Shown one piece after another: positions 57,026 through 64,000 of a stretch of DNA of 64,000 nt. Within the stretch, counting starts at the first letter, position 1. Each line of letters begins with the position of its first letter. Source of the DNA: an uncultured Pseudomonadota bacterium (GTDB taxonomy: Bacteria > Oederibacteriota > Muellerivitia > Muellerivitales > Muellerivitaceae); contig CAVYRH010000026.1 of the NCBI GenBank assembly GCA_963770835.1, forward strand, positions 224,001 to 288,000, read 5' to 3'. The notes below the pieces were generated by a model. That model did no database searches. It worked only from the letters and a program-made list of their open reading frames with translations, and was not told the DNA's origin. The translations under genes and the position numbers were made by a program.

Positions 57026-58596
57026 AAACCAACTTCCAAAGGCCACATCAAAGACTAATTAGCCGAAGATGCACACGCGCCCTGAAGCTACAAACCAGCT
57101 TCGATGCACGGATACACACAGATGGAAACAATCTTTCTTATCCATCTTTTAATATCTCTGTTCATATGTGTTCATCTGTGGCAAAAATCGTCTTTGGCCT
57201 TTCTGTGTTTTTGCTTTCAGTGGTTCCGTTGTGTGCCCAAACGGCCACGCCCACGCCCCTGCCGGGTACGGGTGACGGGGCGGCTGCGACCTTTTACGGC
57301 AACACCAATTTCACGGGCACTGTCTTTCCTACATACCTGGAAACCATTGGGGATTATTTCGCCTCCTGTTCCCCCGACCCTTCCATATCCCCGGCTTCCT
57401 TCAGCGGTAAATTTACAGCCCAATTGGAACCGGTCTATAGCGAAACCTACACCTTCAGCGCGGTGGTGCAGGGCGGCGTGAGCGTCATCGTCAACGGCAC
57501 ACCCCTGATCAGCCAATGGACCAATTCCGCTTCCACGTCCACTTATACCGGCACTATCGCCCTGACCGCGCTCCAGAGGGTTCCTTTGGAGGTGGATTAT
57601 TTCAAGACCACAACCCCCGGCCAAATTGAACTGTTTTGGAACAGTCCTTCCCAGCCCCAACAGCTGATCCCCATGGACCGTCTTTACAGCGGGCTGACTT
57701 TCTCGCCAACCCCTCCGCCTCAAAACCTGGAAGCTTCCTACGCTCCGGGCTTGACGGTGGACGGCTCGGTTACCGCGGGCGCTTGGTCCTTGGGAACCTG
57801 GACTCCCCTGCACGGGGCCTGGGGGGAGAACCTGGGGATCAACGGCGAGTTCCAGGTGAAGTGGGATTCCAATTACCTCTACCTGGGCTGCCGCATTCAC
57901 AACCCCACGCCCCACGACAGCTTCACCGGGGTTTCGGAGGATTACGACGACGAGTCCATCGAATTCTTTCTCGATATGACCAACCAGCGCGCCGCCTCCA
58001 TCGGGACTGGCGACTTCCAATATCTGCTGCAATGGTCCACCAACGCGATTTCGGAGACGAACAACAACACGGCCGGCGTCCTGGGACAGACCTCCGACAC
58101 GTCCTACGGCTATTCGGCCGTCCTGGCCATCCCCTGGACCACCCTGGGGGTTCCGCCTTCCAGCGCCGCCGTTTACGGGATGGACGTAGGCGCCAATCTT
58201 TGTCCCCAGCCGGGTTGCCCCCTTTCCCGCCTGAGGTGGAACGGGAGCATCCTGGACGCGGAGGATACGCGCCCCTACGGCGACCTGACCCTCCAGCCGC
58301 CGCCTCCCTCCCTAGGTCCGGCCCAAACGCCTTATTTTTATCCCGAACCGGCCTACGGAAATTACGTGAACCTGGCCTATGACATGCGGGAACCCGGGAC
58401 GATGAAACTCCGGGTCTGGAACGCCGCCGGCAACTTGGTGGCCACCCTCAATGACCGCAAGGGAGCCGGGAATCAGGTCAGCTACCTGCCCATCAGCGGG
58501 TTTGCTGCGGGCCATTATTTCTACAACATCACCCTTTCCTACGATTCAGGGGACGTGGACGACTTCAAAACCCAGGTCCTTCCCATCCAAAAATAA
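57022..58596 (+). CDS. Secreted PA14 + CBM9-like sugar-binding protein with C-terminal sorting-like domain
   Basis: PA14 (GDGAAATFYGNTNF, FSGKFTAQLEP.YSETYTF), CBM9-like (VKWDSNYLYL, DESIEFFLD, AIPWTTLG), tail FYPEP..FAAGHYFY. Start may be ATG 57166. Confidence 0.8.
   Translation: MKTNFQRPHQRLISRRCTRALKLQTSFDARIHTDGNNLSYPSFNISVHMCSSVAKIVFGLSVFLLSVVPLCAQTATPTPLPGTGDGAAATFYGNTNFTGTVFPTYLETIGDYFASCSPDPSISPASFSGKFTAQLEPVYSETYTFSAVVQGGVSVIVNGTPLISQWTNSASTSTYTGTIALTALQRVPLEVDYFKTTTPGQIELFWNSPSQPQQLIPMDRLYSGLTFSPTPPPQNLEASYAPGLTVDGSVTAGAWSLGTWTPLHGAWGENLGINGEFQVKWDSNYLYLGCRIHNPTPHDSFTGVSEDYDDESIEFFLDMTNQRAASIGTGDFQYLLQWSTNAISETNNNTAGVLGQTSDTSYGYSAVLAIPWTTLGVPPSSAAVYGMDVGANLCPQPGCPLSRLRWNGSILDAEDTRPYGDLTLQPPPPSLGPAQTPYFYPEPAYGNYVNLAYDMREPGTMKLRVWNAAGNLVATLNDRKGAGNQVSYLPISGFAAGHYFYNITLSYDSGDVDDFKTQVLPIQK
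57061..57182. repeat. Inverted 10-bp-period repeat element in the gene N-terminus, with nested hairpin
   Basis: Right arm atctctgttcatatgtgttcatctgtggc. Left arm gccgaagatgcacac..gatacacacagat interrupted by gaagct-acaaacc-agcttc. Confidence 0.65.
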
Positions 58597-58652
58597 TTTC
58601 CGGCCGGGCGTTTAACCTTGGCCTTTCACCCCCGCTTTTTCAGCCCCCCCGT

Positions 58653-58681
58653 GGAATAAACCCCTCCAACATCCGGACTAA
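58653..58681 (+). promoter_or_regulatory. Putative ECF-sigma promoter upstream of the GH44 gene
   Basis: ggaataaacc-N12-ggactaa, matching the motif at 54234. Confidence 0.55.
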
Positions 58682-58803
58682 CCTCGGTCAAGCGGTCAAA
58701 TCGAAACCGGGGTTTCGCTTTTCCCCCCGGTATTTTTCGCAACTCGGCTGGAAACGTTTCAAATTTTTCCAACTTCCAAGCCGGGACCACAAGGGAAGAA
58801 CGA

Positions 58804-61800
58804 ATGACCAAATCGAGAAAATTCAACCTGGGGGCCCTGTCCCTTTTCCTGGCCCTTACGGGAAGCGCCTCCGCGGCCACGGTGGGCTTTACCATCGACC
58901 CCACCCAGGGCAACACTCCCATCAACCCTTATGCCTATGGTTCCAACGACGCGATAGCAGGCACCAAGATCACGGTCAACCGTTTGGGCGGCGACCGGCT
59001 GACGGCCTACAATTGGGAAACCAATTGGTCCAATTGCGGGGGGGACTGCAACGGCACCTATGAGAACGATACCTACCTGGGCGACAGCACGAATGGTCCC
59101 GCTTGGGCGGAAACTTCCTTTCACACGGCCAATAAAGCGGCAGGCGCCGATTCGCTGGTCACGCTCCAACTGGCGGGTTTTGTCGCCGCCGACAAGGCCG
59201 GCACGGTGCCCGCTTCGCAATTTGCCCCCCCGGCGGGCACAAGGTTCTTGCCGATCCTTTTCGTGAAACCGGGCGCCCCTGGTTCCTACGCCGATCCCCC
59301 CAACACGACCGATGGCGTTGTTTACATCGACGAATTCGTCAACTATCTCGTCAACCACCTCGGCAGTTCAACCAACGGCGGGATCAAATTTTACGATTTG
59401 GACAATGAGCCGGGGATCTGGACGACAACCCACGTGGAAATCCGGAACAATGACCAGCCTACTTACGCGGAAATCTCCGGAAAAGGAATCACGGTCGCCA
59501 CCCAGACGACGGCGATCGATCCTGGCGCGCAGATTTTAGGACCGGTGGCCTATGGCTGGGGCGACTACATCAACTTCAGCGGCGCCTCGGATTCGGCCAC
59601 TGAGGACGCCATTTACGACAACGGCAACTGGGTTCCCTTCCTCAATTACTACCTGGCCCAAATGCACGCCGCCTCCACCGCCGCCGGTCGCCGGCTCCTG
59701 CATTACCTTGACCTGCACGCCTACGACGAAGCCACCGACGCCGCCGGCAACGCGGTCGATACCGATGATGTCAGCCAGGACGCCGCCACAACCCGTATGC
59801 AGAACCCCCGCCAGATGTGGGACCCCACTTACAACAACTGGAATAATCTCTGGATCAACTGCTGTGTTCCCAACGGGCCCGTCACCCTCATCCCGCGCCT
59901 GTTGGCCGCCGCCGCCCAGTATTATCCCGGCACGAAAGTCTCCTTCACGGAGTACGCCTACGGGGCAGGCAGCGATATCTCGGGCGGTATCGCGGAAGCG
60001 GACCTCCTGGGCATTTTTGGAAAGTACGGGTGCTTGGCCACCTATTGGGCCCTCGATGACGTCGAAACATACATACCCTCCGCCTTCAACCTTTATGTCG
60101 ATTACGACGGGGCCGGGTCCCATTTTGGGGACACGGCGGTCACCGCCGTGTCCGGCAACATCCCCGAGGCCACGGTTTACGCGGCCAAGGACATCAGCCA
60201 TCCCAACCATTTGAATGTCATCATCCTCTGCAAGGACTACAGCGCCAACGATACGGCCAGCGTGACCATCAACAGCCTCTCGGCGGGCCAATCCATCTCC
60301 TCTATCCGGGCCTTCCGTTTCGACTCCGCCATCACCGCTTTATCCCCCTCCACGGCCCCGGCCTTTACGGCCAACACTTTTACCGATACCCTGCCGTTCC
60401 GTTCCGCCAGTTTTTACGAACTCACCTTAAGCCAGGGCTTCGCCACCGCTACCCCCACCAACAGCGCCACCCCCACCGCCACCCCGTCCAACACCCCCAC
60501 GGCCACGCCCACCAACACGGGGACCTTGCCCACTTACACCCCCAGTCCCACCCGAACCCCCACTTCGACCGCCACCAGCAGCCCGACCATCACCCTAAGC
60601 CCAACGGCCACGGTGATCTGCACCACTCTTTTCAATTCCTGCGACAGCCTGACGGCCAACGGCACCTGGAGCGGCACCAACGCCACCCGGACCCTTTCCA
60701 CCACCGACGTCACCCAGGGAACGGACGACCTGCAGGTGAACGTGACCACTGCCTCCAATTGGAACACGCAGATCTTCAACCTGACCGGCTTCACGCCCAA
60801 CGTCTGGAGCAACGTGACCCAGGTCATTATGGACGTTTACGTCTCCCCCTCGCTCATTTCCGCCACCTCCACCTACCACCAGCTTACGATTCTCGCGGAC
60901 ACCGCCACAATAAGCCAGGCGTCCATCTCGGACACGCCGGACCTGAACTCGGGCGCCAACAGCGTGACTTTCAACATCTCCTTTGCCGCGGCGGGTTTTC
61001 CCTCCACCACGGCCTTGACCAAGATTTACTTCGTCTACAACACCGATTCCACGGGAACGGGAAGCTTCTACGTTGACAACATCCGCCTGGTGCAGGCCTG
61101 CGCCGCCACGCCCACCCCTACCCCTTCCGGGCCCACGAACACGCCGACCTTCAGCCCCACGGCCTCGGTGACCCGCACCGCGACGGCCACGGCCTCGCCC
61201 ACGCCCACCCGGACGCCCAGCTTCACCCCCACCCTGACGGCCACGGTAACCGCCACCAATAGCCCCGGCAATACTTCCACCCCTACCTCCTCGCCCACTT
61301 CAAGCCCGACGGGGACTCCTTCCAACACCTGCACGAACAGCCCGACCCTGACGGCTTCCGCGACCGCCACGAACTCGCAAACGCCGACCTCCACGGGAAC
61401 CCCCAGCAACAGCCCCACCCACTCGCCCTCCGCGACGTCCACCCGGACCACCACCTCCACTTCAACCCCGACCGCCAGCTATACGTCTTCCAACACGCTT
61501 ACTTTGACGGCTACGGCCTCACCCACGGGTACCCCCACCTCCACAGGCACGCCGACTGCGACCTCGACGGGGACCCACTCCACGGCCACCGATTCCCCCA
61601 CCCTGACAACTTCCCCAACGGCTTCTTCCACGGCGACTTCCACCGTCACGTCCACCCCCACCGCCACGGTCACGAATTCGGCCACGGCCTCGGCAACTCG
61701 TTCGGCGACCGCCAGCCCGTCCTCCACGCCAAGCCGAACCCCGACGGCGACCTTCACCTTTTCACCAACCTCCACCCCCACCTTTACAACCACCTTGACG

Positions 61801-62706
61801 GAAACTTCAACACCTACTTCCACCCCGACCAACACTCTTATTAATACGGGAACCCCCACCCTCACCCCGACGGCGACAGCCACGCCTTCCAAGACTCCGA
61901 CCAACACCCCCGCCCCGGTGACCGTCACAGCGTCCCAAGGTTCCAACCCCCCGGGAAATTCGAGCCAATTGCCGGGGACCGCCAATGTCCCCGTCCAGCA
62001 AGTCGTACTGACCAACCCCAGCGCCTCCTCCGTCAACCTGACGGGATTAACCTTATCCGTTTCCGGCACTGGCAACCCGGCCAACATCACCAGCGTGACC
62101 TTGTACGCCAACGGGGTGGTTGTAGATACCCTGCTCCTCACCGGGTCCAGCGCCACCTTTCTGCTCAGTTCCACCTTATCCGCTTCCTCGGGTGTGACTT
62201 ATACGGTGACGGCCAATTTCGGGACGGGCTCCAGCGGCATCTATGCCTTCAGCGTGACGGGAGCGTCAGGAAACAACGGCCAGGCGGTGCTGTTTAGCCC
62301 CCTGCCGGTCGCGGGCGCGATGGTGACGGTGGCCCATGCGACCCCAACGTCCAGTACCACCCCGACCTCCACCCCCACTTCCACCCGGACAGCCCCGCCC
62401 ACCAACACCCCCACGCCTCCCAGCCAGTTTCCCCCGCTGGTCTTCCCCAATCCCGCCCAGGGACCGGGGCCGGTAACCCTCGAATTCTGGCTGCCGCAGT
62501 CCTACGGCCAGGCCGAGGTCAAAATCTTCACGACCTCCTTCCGCATGGTCCGGGAAGACTTCGTCAAGGACCCCACGGGCGGGATCAACCGGGTTTCCCT
62601 GGAACTGGAGGACCGGTGGGGAAATCCCCTTGCCAACGGGCTTTACTACGTCGTGGTGCAATGGCCCGAGGGAATGTCGGTAACGAAGCTTTTGATCCTC
62701 CGGTAA
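58804..62706 (+). CDS. Secreted GH44 endoglucanase/xyloglucanase with CBM-like domain, Thr linkers, shared module and sorting domain
   Basis: [62 protein letters not shown]; ends FPNP..KLLILR. Confidence 0.92.
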   Translation: MTKSRKFNLGALSLFLALTGSASAATVGFTIDPTQGNTPINPYAYGSNDAIAGTKITVNRLGGDRLTAYNWETNWSNCGGDCNGTYENDTYLGDSTNGPAWAETSFHTANKAAGADSLVTLQLAGFVAADKAGTVPASQFAPPAGTRFLPILFVKPGAPGSYADPPNTTDGVVYIDEFVNYLVNHLGSSTNGGIKFYDLDNEPGIWTTTHVEIRNNDQPTYAEISGKGITVATQTTAIDPGAQILGPVAYGWGDYINFSGASDSATEDAIYDNGNWVPFLNYYLAQMHAASTAAGRRLLHYLDLHAYDEATDAAGNAVDTDDVSQDAATTRMQNPRQMWDPTYNNWNNLWINCCVPNGPVTLIPRLLAAAAQYYPGTKVSFTEYAYGAGSDISGGIAEADLLGIFGKYGCLATYWALDDVETYIPSAFNLYVDYDGAGSHFGDTAVTAVSGNIPEATVYAAKDISHPNHLNVIILCKDYSANDTASVTINSLSAGQSISSIRAFRFDSAITALSPSTAPAFTANTFTDTLPFRSASFYELTLSQGFATATPTNSATPTATPSNTPTATPTNTGTLPTYTPSPTRTPTSTATSSPTITLSPTATVICTTLFNSCDSLTANGTWSGTNATRTLSTTDVTQGTDDLQVNVTTASNWNTQIFNLTGFTPNVWSNVTQVIMDVYVSPSLISATSTYHQLTILADTATISQASISDTPDLNSGANSVTFNISFAAAGFPSTTALTKIYFVYNTDSTGTGSFYVDNIRLVQACAATPTPTPSGPTNTPTFSPTASVTRTATATASPTPTRTPSFTPTLTATVTATNSPGNTSTPTSSPTSSPTGTPSNTCTNSPTLTASATATNSQTPTSTGTPSNSPTHSPSATSTRTTTSTSTPTASYTSSNTLTLTATASPTGTPTSTGTPTATSTGTHSTATDSPTLTTSPTASSTATSTVTSTPTATVTNSATASATRSATASPSSTPSRTPTATFTFSPTSTPTFTTTLTETSTPTSTPTNTLINTGTPTLTPTATATPSKTPTNTPAPVTVTASQGSNPPGNSSQLPGTANVPVQQVVLTNPSASSVNLTGLTLSVSGTGNPANITSVTLYANGVVVDTLLLTGSSATFLLSSTLSASSGVTYTVTANFGTGSSGIYAFSVTGASGNNGQAVLFSPLPVAGAMVTVAHATPTSSTTPTSTPTSTRTAPPTNTPTPPSQFPPLVFPNPAQGPGPVTLEFWLPQSYGQAEVKIFTTSFRMVREDFVKDPTGGINRVSLELEDRWGNPLANGLYYVVVQWPEGMSVTKLLILR

Positions 62707-62742
62707 GTCCAGAGGAGGCAGAAAAAAGGATTCTGGAAAATC

Positions 62743-64000
62743 ATGTTCCCCCTTTCAATGATTCAGTCGTGGTTTCGCGGGGACGGGGTTTCCTGGCCCC
62801 GGTGTCCTTTCCTGTTGCTGGCCTTCGGGACAGCCTTCTTTCTCCTCCAGGTCCCGGCCCATTCCCAAACCCCGGTTTGTGCCTCCAGCCAATATGCCCA
62901 GGGGGGACAGGGCTGCTATTACCCCCCAACGGCTTCCACCGACACATGTTCGGGAAACGGTGTCACCACTTCCAACCTTCAAACCGAAGCCATCAACCAG
63001 TTTTACACTTATGGGGCATCGGGCGTGTCCGTGCTTTATTGCGGGGGTGACAACGGAAACGGCACCAGTACGATCACCATGCATTGCGTGCCTCCCCCCA
63101 ACGCCACCATCGTGGCGGCTTACCTGGAGGTGGTGGAGGAGGCCTTTTGCGCCTCCTGTGCCGACAATTCCTCCATGGGGTTCGCCGGGGGTACTTTGGC
63201 CGCCGGGACCCTCGTGGGGCAGGTCAATTATCAAAACGACTGGAACGACCCGAGGTACGGCCCGGACGTCCTGGGAGGCAATTGGGCGCTTTATTTTTGG
63301 GACGTCCGCTATTCGGTGCCGGTCAATTTGGTCAGCGGAGGCGCGTCGACTTACGCCCTGCCGAGCACCCCTAATTTTGCCATTTCCGAGTCCCTGGTGA
63401 TCGTCTATACGGTTCCCGCCCCGGGCATTTGCAGCGCCGTGGCCTTGGGCGACGGGCTTATCGCCTGGGACGTCGGTGGAAGTCATGTGCTTAATTACGG
63501 GATTACCCCCTCCGGTTCGACCCTGGACTGGAGCTGCGCGGATAACGACCTCTTAAACTGCGTTTCCAGCGGGTTTTCCGTCTTCGGGGGAAGTGATAAC
63601 GCCGAGCCTGGCACCCCGGCCTTTAACGACCAGTTCCTCAGCGCCCCCAGCGGCGGGTCCGTACTGGCCAGTTCGCCGGACTGCGGGTTTACCAATGCCT
63701 GCGGCACTGAGGAGCAAGATACCGATTTTTCCTTTGAGACCACCTACTCTTCCATCCCGGCCTTTTCGGGGCCGGATCGGGTCACCTGGGCCTTGGGCAA
63801 CGCCCTGGATTCGTCCAAGGAGAATTTTTGGGTCAACCTCATGGCGGCTTCCTGCGCCGGCATCTGCGTCTCCCCCACGCCCTCTTCCACCCCCACCAAC
63901 AGCCCCACCTCCACGCCCACATCCACCCCGACCTTGACCCCCACCGCCACCCCAACCCCGACCGGTACCTGGTTCACTTCCACCCTCACCGACAGCCCCA
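62743..64000 (+). CDS. Secreted Cys-rich protein followed by a Thr linker; truncated by window end and absent from the ORF track
   Basis: Hand-translated frame open from ATG 62743 to the end: MFPLSMIQSWF...FFLLQVPAHS-QTPVC..., PPNATIVAAYLE, then SPTPSSTPTNSPT...TGTWFTST. Confidence 0.75.
   Translation, partial: MFPLSMIQSWFRGDGVSWPRCPFLLLAFGTAFFLLQVPAHSQTPVCASSQYAQGGQGCYYPPTASTDTCSGNGVTTSNLQTEAINQFYTYGASGVSVLYCGGDNGNGTSTITMHCVPPPNATIVAAYLEVVEEAFCASCADNSSMGFAGGTLAAGTLVGQVNYQNDWNDPRYGPDVLGGNWALYFWDVRYSVPVNLVSGGASTYALPSTPNFAISESLVIVYTVPAPGICSAVALGDGLIAWDVGGSHVLNYGITPSGSTLDWSCADNDLLNCVSSGFSVFGGSDNAEPGTPAFNDQFLSAPSGGSVLASSPDCGFTNACGTEEQDTDFSFETTYSSIPAFSGPDRVTWALGNALDSSKENFWVNLMAASCAGICVSPTPSSTPTNSPTSTPTSTPTLTPTATPTPTGTWFTSTLTDSP

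Noticed and set aside
44910..62337. Calling the shared module a dockerin or cohesin (true cellulosome)
   Set aside because: No duplicated Ca-binding DxNxDGxxxxxD dockerin motif and no scaffoldin in the window; kept only as an unknown module.
42734..62450. Many minus-strand Val/Gly/Ala-rich ORFs (also at 24989-26065 and 34512-35461)
   Set aside because: They are antisense shadows of Thr/Pro/Ser codon runs in the real plus-strand genes.

Overview
GC-rich bacterial DNA from a diderm organism (lipoproteins, outer-membrane beta-barrels). The Thr/Pro-linker plus C-terminal sorting-domain architecture suggests an uncultured lineage such as FCPU426; this is inference only. No rRNA, tRNA, CRISPR array or transposase gene was recognised. 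There are three parts. (1) 2.2-12.7 kb: an AraC gene, a kelch-like lipoprotein, two OM barrels, a secreted FecR-domain protein and a lipoprotein, followed by seven tandem secreted low-complexity proteins. Several of these, and the FecR tail, carry isolated short motifs that look like the most conserved peptides of unrelated families (T6SS VgrG and Hcp, T4-gp19-type tail tube, DUF1559 prepilin-like proteins, beta-helix repeats) plus a recurring LNPQPLPP motif. This motif-mosaic locus is the best candidate for an undescribed system. (2) 12.7-33.5 kb: mixed housekeeping and envelope genes (MFS-spermidine synthase fusion, GT39-like glycosyltransferase, a degenerate MrpBCD set, bcp, a GAFTGA-less enhancer-binding protein, icd). 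(3) 24-28 kb and 33.7-64 kb: large secreted enzymes (L-lectin, frameshifted GH12, S53 protease, GH5, GH8, GH9, PA14/CBM9-like, GH44) with mostly very long Thr/Ser/Pro linkers and T9SS-like C-terminal domains. This part also has two PorV/PorQ-like barrels, an ECF sigma/anti-sigma pair whose periplasmic domain resembles the sorting domain, a shared ECF-type promoter, and an uncharacterised ~140-aa module shared by four glycoside hydrolases. Several small palindromic repeat elements occur, three of them in frame inside genes. Family assignments come from recognising motifs by eye; no searches were run.
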